64,000 bases of DNA, taken from NCBI GenBank assembly GCA_004022145.1, contig RCNU01000001.1; one strand, 5' to 3'. Positions 49,875-64,000 of the stretch are shown here, one piece after another; the first letter of the stretch is position 1; each line of letters begins with the position of its first letter. This stretch comes from Paecilomyces variotii (lineage: Eukaryota). A program made the translations under genes and the position numbers. Below the pieces are notes generated by a model. The model ran no database searches and was not told the origin of the DNA. It worked only from the letters and a program-made list of their open reading frames with translations.

Positions 49875-50760
49875 AAAGAGAGCACTCCCGACTTGACTGC
49901 TTTCTGCTAAAGTCTAATATCGATGCATATATAATGCGACAAGAGATTCTTGTTATTCCTTTGGCCTGTTTGTGACTATTCTACGTTGCCATGTGACGAT
50001 TATCTGTATATCATATCATTGCTTACGTTTTCCTTCCTCCTCTCTACCTCCGAGGCGACATTCTCTTTGTTACTTTACTACTACTACCTAGCATCTTCCT
50101 CGATGACCCTTTCCCTTCTCCGCCTTCTGAACCTCACCTATGTGACTATTCGGGATACCTTGTTTCATTTTTTCCATTTCTTTTCATTATACCTTCTTGA
50201 CGCACCTTTTTATCTTCTCTTTTTTTTTTCCTGTTGTTGTCTCGGTTCGAGAACCGTTATTTTTCTACTATTGTTGTTGTCAGCGTTCAAAAGTTTCCAT
50301 GTACAGTTACCATAACCAAAACAACTAGTACATATGACTTTTCGCCTCTTCTCCTTTTCCTCACACTGTCGTTGATCTTTGCAGAAAGAAAAAGTAACTC
50401 CGCTCGCTTCGTATGATTTTCTTTTTCTGTTGCGATCTATATTATTATTATTATGGTACTCTATACATGGGAGCTATATCTAAAACTAGAAATCGAAAAT
50501 AACATAACGAAATTAAAAATAAACACTATCCACCTATCTTTTTTTCTCCTCTAGTTATTTATTTCTCTCTTTAGCTATGACAGGCAGAAGAGGGAATGGG
50601 ATTGTTATCCCGATGAACAACAATATTTAACATCCTAAACTAACTCCCGGCAGATGGGATCAGATCTGAAGATAGGTAGGCTTAGTGTAGTTCAATTCAA
50701 TTCAACAAAAGATATACTATACTATCTAAGTTATACTCACTATTCAATCTTGCACATATA

Positions 50761-50788
50761 TAGATAGATAGATAGATAAATAAATAGA
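50761..50788 (+). repeat. (TAGA)n microsatellite; related GATA/TATC tracts at ~51031-51089
   Basis: tagatagatagatagataaataaataga read directly. Confidence 0.75.
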
Positions 50789-51435
50789 GACATCTAGGTT
50801 CGATTCGTCCAATTTGAGGGTCTTGGGGTTTATTCACTTAGTTAACATAGGGAGTTTCGTCACCAATATGATACTTGACCAGGAGGCGGGAAGGGGAAAA
50901 ATCATAGTAAATAAGTGAATTACATCTCAAGTATGAGCTCCTAGTTAATATTCCGCGCGTATACATTTGTTCGGTCTTTTGAGTGTAGTTCAGTTAAATC
51001 AGATGGGCCGTCGCTTTAGCTAGCTGGACAGATAGATAGACTATCTAGGGACTTCTCTATCTATCTAGATATCTATCTATCTATCGATTGCGTTTCTAGG
51101 AAGTATTGTATTGTATTGTAGGTACGTAAGGGGGTTATCTGTAGGATCAGCGAGGATGCAACTTCCGCATTGCTCATCTATCTAATTATTAATGTACTGT
51201 ACAGTACGGTAGGCCCAGGAGACGTCGCTCACTTGCGAGAATGGGAATTTGGAGAATATTATATGCATTGATTTTTTGATGAAAATACCATTTTTGCACA
51301 TAAGATAGATGCGGACATGATATGATATGGATATCACTAACATACATAACAAAAACAGGACCTCACTAACACCGATACCGACCGTGGTCAAAAAAGATTT
51401 TTCCTCAATAGAAATACAAGGGCATAGACATCATA

Positions 51436-53199
51436 TCATGCGAATATGGAACGTTTTCCAAAAGAACTATAGTCCACGTCACTTTCCAGAAGCCGTCGAG
51501 ACTGTCTCGTACGGTCATCGACGATCATCTTCTCGGCCTCCCATCGCTTGCGTTCCTGGGTCTTTTTCCGCGCGTTTCTCTCCCCGCCGAACCAGGCTGT
51601 TTTGGCCTTTTCGATGCTTTCTTGTTCCTCTCGGGTCGATTTGGCGACGAGGTTTTGGACCATGGTTTTCCAGTTATCTAGGCCGACTTGGAGGCATTGT
51701 GTGCAACGCTCCTTGGCTTCGCGGTCGGTGGTGGTGGTGTCGTTGATGTCGATAAGAGTGGACTCGGCCAAGTCGACGGCGTCTCGAGTCCATGCTAATC
51801 CAGACTCCTTGGAGGAGGATGCGTAGATGATCTCGCCGATATAAGCCATGAGGCCGGCCTCTTCGCAAGCAGAGGCTCGGGTGCGAGCAGGCGGCTCATT
51901 GCCAGATGGCGCTGGAGGGGGGTATTCGACGGGAATCAGGACGTTGTTGATCCACTCGAACGCCGCATCGAAAGGTGTGGCCTTTGCTTTGGCGACCTTT
52001 CGTGGAATCCCACCAGGAGGCGCTGGTAACTCGCGGCGAGTTTTCAAGATCGACGTAAAGATGGACAGCGCCTTGGAGAGGTCTCCAGTCTTTGCATAAT
52101 GCACCGCAAGCGCATTCGACACTCGGAGGATATTCTCCGATGGGACGTCCTTGCCGTTCTTCAGCACTCCGCTCTTTGTATCCACTACCTTTGCCGCATC
52201 AAAAGGCAGTCCAGCAGCAGCAATATCCATTGCCCAGTTATACATATCCTTGGCCGTGTCAGTCAGTCCCTTGTAATCCAACCAGTCGGCATAAGCCAGC
52301 GCAGCATCCAGTCTCTGCCTCGTATCGAACCCCTTTGTCGTCAAGATCTTCATATAAAACACCGCCGGGCTCTCCGCCGCCGGCTCGCAGTCCTCTTCAC
52401 GCAGGACAACTCCCTTGCGACCAGGCGGAAGCGGCTTTGGTCGCGGATTCGACGGACCGACCACATACTCCGCAGGGGCCGAAATGTGTAGATTCCAATC
52501 CGTCACCCAACCCTCCAGGTTTTCCGCAGCTCGAGCCAAGCCCATGAGCGCCTGGAAATACCCTCTTCTCCAGGGCTCGGTCTTGTCCGAGATGTCGTAT
52601 CCGGTCTTCCCCACCCCATCGACGAGAATCCCACCGTCTCCCTGTTCGCGAATCCCTTGACCTTCTCCCTCCGTGTTTTCTAGCCGTCCGAGCAATTCCC
52701 GGAGATATCCATACACCAGGGGCCAATCGGTGATTAACTTTCCGATCTCTTCAGGGTGTTGGAGCGCCTGGGCCGTTCGTAAACACCATCGGCTCTTGAG
52801 ACTCCATTCTGGCGGAGTAGGCCATTTGTGCTCGATCGTCTCTTGGTAGATGCCCAGTTTAACCAGGTGGAATAAGAGGAGGATGGCGTAGAACGTCAAT
52901 CCGATTCGGAGACCACGGCCGAGACGGCGCTTGTAGTAGTCGCGCGTCTCGGTGGAGATCAGCCGCGCAAAATGCTGTCGGAGGTGAGTTGACAGCGGTG
53001 GAAGAGAGCGACTGGACGAAATCGGTGAGAGAAAGGGTAGCTGAGGGCGAGTGAGAGGTGGAGAGACGAGGAGGAGTGGAAATTTGGTGGTAAACGGTCG
53101 AGGTCGTGGAGGGATGTGGCTGCTGGGTGGCCGTGGATGGCCCAAAGGCCGTGCGAACGGCGATATTCGCCGGACACTACTACCTCTGGCAACAAGCAT
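51436..53199 (-). CDS. Uncharacterised, probably mitochondrial single-pass protein with helical (TPR-like) repeats
   Basis: Intronless ORF, ATG at 53199. Arg/Pro/Ser-rich presequence, TM IGLTFYAILLLFHLV, then WPTPPEWS and helical segments (LDAALAYADWLDY, LAVHYAKTGDLSKALSIF, LMAYIGEIIY). Confidence 0.8.
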   Translation of the reverse strand: MLVARGSSVRRISPFARPLGHPRPPSSHIPPRPRPFTTKFPLLLVSPPLTRPQLPFLSPISSSRSLPPLSTHLRQHFARLISTETRDYYKRRLGRGLRIGLTFYAILLLFHLVKLGIYQETIEHKWPTPPEWSLKSRWCLRTAQALQHPEEIGKLITDWPLVYGYLRELLGRLENTEGEGQGIREQGDGGILVDGVGKTGYDISDKTEPWRRGYFQALMGLARAAENLEGWVTDWNLHISAPAEYVVGPSNPRPKPLPPGRKGVVLREEDCEPAAESPAVFYMKILTTKGFDTRQRLDAALAYADWLDYKGLTDTAKDMYNWAMDIAAAGLPFDAAKVVDTKSGVLKNGKDVPSENILRVSNALAVHYAKTGDLSKALSIFTSILKTRRELPAPPGGIPRKVAKAKATPFDAAFEWINNVLIPVEYPPPAPSGNEPPARTRASACEEAGLMAYIGEIIYASSSKESGLAWTRDAVDLAESTLIDINDTTTTDREAKERCTQCLQVGLDNWKTMVQNLVAKSTREEQESIEKAKTAWFGGERNARKKTQERKRWEAEKMIVDDRTRQSRRLLESDVDYSSFGKRSIFA

Positions 53200-53619
53200 G
53201 GTGCAGTGTTGCTGATGGTGTAGATGATCGTTTTGAGCGAGCTCTATCACTATATCAACTTTGGCGTGGTGGAAGTGGAAGTGTTTGTCTCGTTTGCAGT
53301 TTCCGCTTCAAAAAGCCTAGAGTATGTATACTTATGTATGCTCTTCTTGTTCACGCCGTGTAATTAATTAACTAAGCTCCTGTATCTGCTTGGTAAGTTC
53401 TAATTGAACAGTTGAATGGGTGATGAGCCCGGATAATAATGTACAGCTACGGAACAATGAACATGCTTCGACTCTTGGAGTGTCATCATAAGTATATTCT
53501 CCGGTCCAGAGGTTCAGCCTCTCGTGCCGCCAGATTATGGCTCTAGATATATCTAACTAATTCTAAAGCAAACAATAGCATGCAGTTTTAGGTACTAGGT
53601 ATCGCAATCGGTTGGGTAT

Positions 53620-55997
<2,378 letters not shown>

Positions 55998-56142
55998 TCA
56001 ACGATGGACACTGAAATGCTCGACTGGACGCTGGAACGACCTGGTCCCGGCGACGTCGACTGGGTGTAGAGAGCGCAAAGGCGAGATCGGAGCGGGGGGG
56101 AGCGGGAGGGATGCTAATGCTGCCAGGCACCGTTTGGATGGC

Positions 56143-56217
56143 AGAGGGGAAAAGAGAAAGAAGAGAATAAAGAGAAAGAAGAAGAGAAGAAGAGAAGAAG
56201 AAGAAGTAGAAAAGATA
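56143..56217 (-). promoter_or_regulatory. Pyrimidine-rich CT-box upstream of MET3
   Basis: ~75-nt almost pure purine run on +, i.e. CT-rich on the MET3 strand, ~170-250 nt upstream of the ATG; typical of highly expressed filamentous-fungal genes. Confidence 0.55.
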
Positions 56218-58221
56218 AGTTAACTACACGGTGGAGCGAGCGGGGAGCGATGTCGCGATACGTACTCTAGAGTAACCAAGTTACTTTTTTTCTTGCTCCG
56301 CCATCCAGCATCCTATTATTTCAGTCAGTCTCGTTTCTCTTTCGCCCCCGAATCCAGGCCAATTGACTTGATTATTGATCCACTCGGGTGGCCCGAGAAT
56401 TGGTTAACCATCCGTTCCTTTGCCATGGCACTGCTACGAATCATCAATACTACTTACTGGTACTGGTTAACTAACTACATACTATTATCTCACCTTCAGC
56501 CCTCCTCCAAGTCCCAGTCCAACTCCAACTTCAAGATAGACTAGACACGCTAAACTGGGACGCCCCCTGAGCCATGGAGACGTCAGCTTCCGCGTTGAAC
56601 AGTCTTGGCATCGTGCTGGAAATGCGATCAACCGTTTCATGAATATCACATCCCCGGCTGGAAGGTTCATTGATAATTGATTGGGTTCCTGGCCTGTCGA
56701 TCCGACGGTGACATTCCGGGAAAATAATGGATATTCCATGATAAACCCCTCTGTCTGGCTATAAGTTATATTATATTAGTACTTGAGTCGGGGGATGGAG
56801 ATGATATTTTACGGGGTAACCATGCCGTCTGGTTCTTTTTACCACGTGGAAACAATAAGTAATAATACTTAAAAGAACGAAACGCATTGAACCTGGTTAT
56901 TATTATTATTTGTACTCGTAATCGCTTTCGTTCGTCTTTTTTTCTGCCCCCCAAACAGTGCCAATAATTCCTTGGAGCAAATCACTACTTGATTACCATG
57001 TACTGGTACTCCGCGGAGAATCCGGAGATAATAGTAGTACTGTAGTTACCTTAGCACGATCTGACATCCGGCCCCCGATAATCAGCCTCAGTAATAATAA
57101 TAATAATTATCTAGAGAGTATCTAAAAATTCTTTCCAGAAAAAAAAAAATAGAAAAAAAAAGCGAGATTGGTTGGCTGAGTCAGATCAAAATCACGACAT
57201 CGACCCGGGCGGCTTGCGTGATTGATTTCTCGCCCGTTGCGGTTTAGCGCCCGGTGCCCTAACTTGTCATTATTATTAGGATACATTTATGTATTATTAT
57301 TATTATTATTATTTAAAGATCACAAGTTAACCATTTTAATATACTATATACTACCTAGGTACATTCTCATAGTCAGAAAAGAGTCAAAGAGTCAACTCCT
57401 GCACAAAGTACCATAGTTATATAGTTAGTTTGTTACATACTCATCCAACAACACCATGCAATCTACTTATTACATAACTCTATTTCTATACCCTCGACTC
57501 GATAATAATCTATCTATCTATCTATCTCCCACAACTTCAGAAATACATACAAGTCATAAAGCCAGGCTGAAATAACGCCCATTAACATTATATCGATGAC
57601 ATGTACTACTTAATAATAAGCTCGTGGGTCGACAGGAATCCGGGGTGTATGTTCGTTGATCACGCATATCCCTACAGAATGACGTGATCGCGATCTCCCC
57701 TTAGGGCTGATCACTCGTGAATGTTAATGGCACATCACTCTTGATAACTATCTAATAGTATGTATATCGATGTACTCCGTACATTGGTTTAGATTCGATG
57801 AGATAGATTTGCATGCCATAGGGTGAATGAAAGTGGTCGACTGCAATTATGTTACATCGGAAGTGATTATTAAAAATTTATTTGGATTTTTTTTTCAGAA
57901 GCTTTTTATTAATCCTTGCATGTGCTTCTATTGAGGATGTTCTATGCCAAAATATAAGCCTCATGTGAGCCGCGTATAATTCCGAAAGCAATCCTGGCCG
58001 GAATGGCTGCAAGACATCTCGCAGCATATATATAATGATAGATACGAAGTATGTACAAGAAGGCTAAATCCAAAAGAAAATATTTTCCACCGAGCAATGT
58101 AACCCATGATTTGTCGAAACGCCGTACGTCATGCAAAATAATCAAGAGCAGTCCTGGATCATTATGACTGTCTCTCCCTGGAAAGCAAGTCGTGGACTCT
58201 TTTCTCGTCAAGGTCGACGCC

Positions 58222-59223
58222 TCATTGCGTGGCCGAGACAGAGGATTGCTGCAGAGCCTGTGCAAGAGCTTCCTCTTGTCGCTTCCGCTCCAGCTCCATC
58301 AGGTACTGGGCGTACTTGGATCGGGGGTTGTGAATCCCGCACTCGGTCTTGGCCTGGCCCTTCCATCGACCCGACCGCTCGTCCTCGTTCTCAGCAACAG
58401 GCTGCGTGGAGTGCCAGTCACCAATGCTCTTGTAGCCGCGGTCCAGCAGATCGTTGTAAGGCACATCGTGCTCCTTGATGTACTGCTTGACCTGGTCGAA
58501 CGACCAGTTGGCCAACGGGTTGATCTTGATCAGACCGGCCTCGTCGACTTCGATGATGTCCAGGTCACCCCGCTTGCCGCCCTGGCTGCGACGGCGGCCG
58601 GTCAGGACAGCGCTGACATTGAGTTCCCGGTACGCACGCTGAGCGGGCTCAACCTTGGCGGTCCAGTCGTACATCTGGTCGTCGGTTTCCCAGAGACGGT
58701 CCCCGTACTTTTTGGCAAACTCATCGGCCGTCTCAACCCCAAGGGGCTTGTAGACGTGGATGTTGACCAACGGGTAGCGCTTGCGGATCTTGTCGACAAG
58801 AGCGAGCGTCTCCGGGAAATGGTGCAGGGTGTCGAGGAAGATGAGATCAACCAGCTGCGGGCGAGGAACCTCGAGCTTGGAGAGCATGTCCAGGGTCACG
58901 AGACCCGTGAGACCAAAGGCAGTCGTCTGATACAGGTTGGGAAGAGTGGTAATAGCCCATCTCAGAACCTCTGGAGGCAGGTCAGCATTGGTTCCTAATC
59001 ATAACTATATACCCCGCATTATTATTAGGGGAGAAGCATGCTGACCTTGAGGCTCCAGAAACTGTAATTGCCTGTTGAGGAACGTCAAGTGCGGCTTGGT
59101 GAAGTAGACCTCAGGCAGAGCATCGTCACTCGAACTGCCGCTAACATAGCCAGACTCCGTCAGGGTCTCTCTGTCCACGGTCTCCGTGTCCGAGGGGTAG
59201 TTGGAAGGGATCTTAGAAGGCAT
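58222..59223 (-). CDS. MET16: PAPS reductase (sA)
   Basis: Exons 59223-59046 and 58970-58222. QTTAFGLTG, IFLDTLHHF, LTGRRRSQG, GYKSIGDWHST, ERSGRW, KTECGIH. Confidence 0.97.
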
Positions 59224-59658
59224 CTTGAACAACGGCTTCCAATGGAGAGGAGTAGAGTAGAGACAATTGCAGATTCTTTGCACACAAGTCAAGTAATAGT
59301 CTATATAGAACTAAGAGGAGATATAGAACCACTCCAGAGGAACGACCGGGTTGAATCCAATGAACAGATTGAAGATGGTAAGAGAAGAGAAGAAGAACCA
59401 GGCGAGAAATACTCCGATCCACGGAGACCTGGCGAAATCACAACATCATGGGGGGTCAAGCACCAAGACTCTGCGAGCACATCATCGCGGCAAAGCGGCT
59501 CTTGCATCTCGTTGGCTGCCGACTGGCTGGATCCCCGGAGTATGCCAGGCACCGCCGACCGCCTACCCGTTCGGGCCGGCTTTGCTGAAAAATCCTGATG
59601 TGCTCATGCCATTTCGAAATCACGCAATACTTGCGCCAGTGGTGTCTCTGCGCTGCCG

Positions 59659-59700
59659 CACAGCTGAGTCAGCTGTGATGATTCAGCAGTGATGACTCAG
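59659..59700. promoter_or_regulatory. Cluster of CpcA/Gcn4 (AP-1-type) TGASTCA sites in the MET16/SER2 divergent promoter
   Basis: TGAGTCA 59665-59671, TGATTCA 59679-59685, TGACTCA 59693-59699. Confidence 0.65.
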
Positions 59701-60334
59701 GCACAAATACTGCGGCGGTCGCCAGAGACCATTCCCGCAGTGGCCCCGCCGGCTGGAGATGAAAGCTGGAGGAGTCTAGGAGAGCTTAGCAGCAGTTCAA
59801 GTCAGGAATAACAACAACAGGCCCAGAGGATGGATCTTGCCGTATTGCAGCCTGCAGCATTCTCAATTAATTAATGAAACCGTCTCATCATGCTTTGACA
59901 CGTTGGTCTCTTTCAAATAATGAACACCAGGGCTTCATCCGTCTCTGTGATGGTGAAGTGAGGATCGGCAGTTGTCCGTCCCAGTCAAGGGCAACCCGAA
60001 TGAAGGCACGGAGACAAAGACCACAGCAGCAGCCGTCTAACATTATTATTAGATCCTGATCCGGTCTTCATCGCGAATTATCAGGAGGCTGAGACATGCC
60101 GTCGAGAAGCCCGCAGGTTCCTTGATCCATGGACGAACGACGCGTTATCCTGATATCCGCCCCGCGGTCACGTGGGGCCACCCCTCCCACAGGCTTTGGG
60201 CGATTCGAGCGCATCTTCTCCAGCTTTTCAGGGCGACGCTGACCAGCTCAGAAGAGAGATCCGGGCGCGATCGGTTTCCTGCTGCCCTCGCGTCACTGCC
60301 AACCCCATCGCTGTCGTCCCTCCTGCCGCCCAGA

Positions 60335-61898
60335 ATGACTACCTCCAAAACCGCTGTGCGTCCTGAGCGGCCTGTGCTGCGCCATAGCTCTCTCTCTGGC
60401 GGCTCCTTCATTCAGGATCACCAGCAGTACAAACCTTCGGCTCCCGTGAGCCAAAATATCGGAGACGTCCTCCGGGGCCCCCGCGATAAATTGATCTCCC
60501 CGCTGGTTCTCAATTCGAATCCGATCAGTCCGGATCCGGAGAAGGTCAAGGACAGTGGCATTGTCCACAGCCTTTTTGGCCATGTAGCGAACCCTCTCCC
60601 CGGAGGCACGCCCAAGATTGTCGCAACCATCTACTACAAGTCCTCGAACCCCGTCCATCCTCATGTCCACCCCGATTCTGCGTCCGGGTCCAAGGAGCGA
60701 CTCCCTTCCCCGCAGGTGCCCATCGGTTCCGCGCCGACAGTCGACATTGAGAAGCTACCGCGCGAGCCCCCTGTGCCGGAGCCGCAGCCATTGGATCACC
60801 TCTACGGCCCATATGTCTCTCAATTGTGCCTGACCAACTTCCTCCAGATCATGGAAAGTCTGCAAACCCCATACCAGCGGATGAATACCTCCCACCGATG
60901 CCTCGACCGGGAGGACCAACCGCAAGTCGTAGAGGTCACCTTCTCCCCGCCACCAAACCCGGAATATCTGTCGTTTGATGATCTGCGGAAACATGAAAGC
61001 ATCTGGCGCTTCGAGCGCGAGTGGAACGTCGAGGTGGTTCTGCAGAAGGAAAGTGTTTTCCGACGGCATAAGCGGCTGGCGGTGTTCGATATGGATAGCA
61101 CATTGATCCAGAACGAAGTTATTGACGAAATCGCCAAGTTCATCGGTGTGGAAAAGGAAGTCTCTGTACGTCTTCAAGGTTGTCCCATTGGTAAGGGCGC
61201 AGTGCTAATCTCTGCTAGGAAATCACCGAACGTGCTATGAACGGCGAACTCGACTTCTCCGCATCTCTAAAAGCGCGTGTTGCTCTGCTGAAAGGCGTGC
61301 CCGCTGACGTTTTCGAGAAGCTGAAGTCCATATTGACCATCTCCCCTGGCGCCCGCGAACTTTGCAAGGCGCTGAAAGCGCTGGGTTTCAAGATGGCTGT
61401 TCTGAGCGGTGGTTTCCAGCCTCTTGCAGAGTGGCTTGCTGGCGAACTTGGCATCGATTATGCGCATGCAAACCATGTAAGTATGCCTAGTGGCGGCTGC
61501 ATGTCATCTATCGCGCCCCCGTCTAGCGTTTGCAAACAGGGCGACAAGTCAGGGAAAGCTGATCATTTTCTTACTTAAAATAGCTCGAGGTCGACCCTGC
61601 CACCCAGACTCTGACCGGAAACCTGGTCCCCTCATTCCCCATCATCGACGCGGCCCAGAAGCGCTCTCTTCTCCAGTCAATCGCCAAGGAGAACTCGATC
61701 CCGATCGCCCAGACGATGTCGGTTGGCGACGGCGCTAACGATCTTCTCATGCTCAAGGCCGCCGGCCTGGGAGTCGCTTGGCGCGCCAAGAGCAAGGTGC
61801 AGCTCGAGGCACCCACGCGTCTCAACGGCGAAACAATGACCGATCTGCTGTACCTCCTCGGTCTGAGCCAGGATGACGTTAGAGAATTGACTCAGTAG
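60335..61898 (+). CDS. SER2: Phosphoserine phosphatase (HAD family)
   Basis: Exons 60335-61165, 61219-61476, 61584-61898. RLAVFDMDSTLIQNEVIDE, ITERAMNGELDF..RVALLKG, LSGGF, VGDGANDL. Confidence 0.95.
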
Positions 61899-62872
61899 GA
61901 CCATTCTGGCCAGAAAGGTCTGTATGTACCCCTGCTCTCACGACCGAGTAGCACTAAGCCACTCTACTGAGGTTCTCAGTAGTCAGTACTGCCTGGTAAG
62001 AAAATAGTAAAACAAAAAAAAGACCCCCGGCGACGATCGATGTATGCACAAGTGGCGCGGGACGGCCCGAAAGAAGCACCTACGTTAGCCCCGGGATGTT
62101 TGGACCGGGTTATAGTTACAGGAGTCAGGTGTATTTGTTTGTTGGCAGTGGGACCAAAATAGTCCCAGTTACCACAGATAGAATAGTGCACGACCTGAAG
62201 TATATGTGGTATATGTCTGCGTGTGGTGTCCTTTTTTTGACGGAGCTCAGGAGCTCATGCATATTGCCTTGAGGGGGAAAGCTCGGCGTAACGGTAACGT
62301 CCGTTGTGCTGATCATGTATTGTTCACGTTGTATTGGAATAGGATGTATAGGAATTGGATACTATAATGGTCTTTCAAAATCCTTTCCTAGTTCCCTCCC
62401 TACCTTCATTCTTCAGCTCATTGGATTGAATAGAATTCAAGCGACGCAGCGTGGGTGATATGTAGTTTTGGAAATGATATGAAAGATCATTAATTGTGTG
62501 TATATTCCTTCTGTTTCTTTGGCGTCAGCTAAGAAGCCCTCTGCTGCACAGACTAGATTCAGGATTCGTGAGGTTCACTCCGATCTCCGCGCGTACTCTG
62601 TAGAGTTAGTACCACGGAACATTGTTTTCTATAAAGAACGGGGTTTTTTTTTTCCCGATGAAGAATGAAAGATAGAAAAAAACGGATCTAGGAAATGACA
62701 GATACAGTCTCAATTTCCGTCGGTCGAGAGCCATGCTAGAAATCCAAGTGATAAATAACGCCGAATACAACATTTATATGCATACAGAGTGATGAGACGG
62801 AAAGGAGAAGACCTCCCATGAGGTGGGAAGGTCGGAGCAGAAGAGACAGGACCAGATTTCAGAGGGCCCCAA

Positions 62873-64000
62873 TCAAGCTGCAGCTCCGTCTGCGATCACA
62901 TTCTCGACTCCAACGGTTTGTTCGTCCGCCTTGCCAGCGCCACCGCGCCTTTTCTTCAGTACGTTCTCGATGAACGCCTCTCCGGCCTTGTAGCTGCTTC
63001 GGACCAAGGGTCCTGAAGCGCAGTATAAGAAGCCCATATCGAGAGCGCGCTGGCGCCAGAGCTCGAATCGGTCCGGAGTGACGTACTCGTGTACGGCCAT
63101 GTGTCGTTTCGTGGGACGCATGTATTGGCCAAAGGTGACGACGTCGACATCGACGGATCGCAGTTGGCGCAGAGCATCCCAGAGCTGTTCATCGGTCTCA
63201 CCGAGACCCAGCATGATAGAGGTCTTGGTAATCAGTTCTGGCCTAGTCTTCTTGGCAGCCTGAAGAACGCGGAGTGATTGCTGGAAGTTGGCACGGCGGT
63301 CTCGAACCTGGGGCGTCAGGGCTTCGACCGTCTCGACATTGTGAGCGTATACATCCAAGCCGGAGCGGGCGACCAGCGCCACCATGTCCAGATCTCCTGC
63401 ATAGTCACCCGTCAAGCATTCCACCAGAATACTAGGAGCTCTCTGCTTGATCTTGATAACCGTTTCGGCAAAATGTCTAGCACCACCATCCGCCAGGTCA
63501 TCGCGGTCGACACTAGTCAATACGACGTATCCAAGACCCCACCGCTTCAGGGCCTCCGCAGTCTTTTCTGGCTCGTGCGGGTCAAGCGGAGGCGGAGCTC
63601 GCGACGTTTTAACACTGCAGAAACGGCATCCTCTCGTGCAGGTATCACCCATCAGCATGATCGTCGCCGTGGCCGCCGACTTGGAGCTACCGCCCCAGCA
63701 GTCCGAGATATTAGGACATCGGGCCTCTTCACAGACGGTGTGAAGATTCAGACCACGCAGATCCTTCTTGATGCGCTTGAAATTCTCGCCTTCAGGAATT
63801 GGCGTCTTCAACCACGAGGGCAAGCGCGTCATCTCCTTCTTGCGGCCAGCGGGACCGACAAGAGCTGTCTTGAGAGCATATGCATCTTCCGGGGTAAGAG
63901 GCTCCTTGTCCTTCGCCCCTCCAGAAACGAAATCCGCAAACGAGGGTCCGGCGTTCAGTTTATCTCGGAAGGTGGTGGTAGGTCTGCGAGTAGGTGATCG
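62873..64000 (-). CDS. LIP5: Lipoyl synthase, mitochondrial (5' end lies beyond the window)
   Basis: Frame open from 64000. [13 protein letters not shown] (CX4CX5C), radical-[12 protein letters not shown]-terminal RSSY. Confidence 0.96.
   Translation of the reverse strand, partial: RSPTRRPTTTFRDKLNAGPSFADFVSGGAKDKEPLTPEDAYALKTALVGPAGRKKEMTRLPSWLKTPIPEGENFKRIKKDLRGLNLHTVCEEARCPNISDCWGGSSKSAATATIMLMGDTCTRGCRFCSVKTSRAPPPLDPHEPEKTAEALKRWGLGYVVLTSVDRDDLADGGARHFAETVIKIKQRAPSILVECLTGDYAGDLDMVALVARSGLDVYAHNVETVEALTPQVRDRRANFQQSLRVLQAAKKTRPELITKTSIMLGLGETDEQLWDALRQLRSVDVDVVTFGQYMRPTKRHMAVHEYVTPDRFELWRQRALDMGFLYCASGPLVRSSYKAGEAFIENVLKKRRGGAGKADEQTVGVENVIADGAAA

Noticed and set aside
50790..50815. GGTTCGATTC resembling a tRNA T-loop (also GTTCGAATC at 8351)
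   Set aside because: No T-stem, acceptor stem or cloverleaf can be built around either.
60122..60334. TTG-initiated 71-aa extension of SER2
   Set aside because: Weak start context, overlaps promoter-like sequence (GTCACGTG at 60168); ATG 60335 is in good context and gives a complete protein.

Overview
Eukaryotic, intron-rich DNA from a filamentous ascomycete; gene content and intron style look Eurotiales-like. I reconstructed 23 protein-coding genes by hand from GT..AG junctions and frame arithmetic. Most are core housekeeping genes: UBX, MIX17, LRP1/C1D, a ketopantoate reductase-like gene, an Rkm-type SET gene, COQ4, PDCD5, SEC2, PRP21, PMT1, ERF2, ASH1, ISD11 and VMA22. A gene-sparse, accessory-looking segment (~37-47 kb) holds a phenol-type FAD monooxygenase and a secreted FAD glucose dehydrogenase. 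The right end is a sulfur/serine neighbourhood: MET3-MET16-SER2-LIP5, with LIP5 cut by the window edge. I recognised no rRNA, tRNA, CRISPR array or transposon. Most notable observations: (1) the ketopantoate reductase-like gene has no in-frame AUG ahead of its presequence-like N-terminus, but a 6-codon ORF ending CUU-UAG-A would join it by a +1 shift (prfB-like shifty stop, or an assembly insertion); (2) apparent 1-nt deletions in PRP21 and the monooxygenase; (3) three CpcA/Gcn4-type sites at exact 14-bp spacing, plus a 10-mer shared by the MET3 and MET16 upstream regions; (4) a possible four-way-junction RNA structure in MET3 intron 3; (5) uncharacterised proteins, including an EGF-domain type II membrane protein and an NDUFA4-like small mitochondrial protein. 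Family assignments come from recognised motifs, not database searches.
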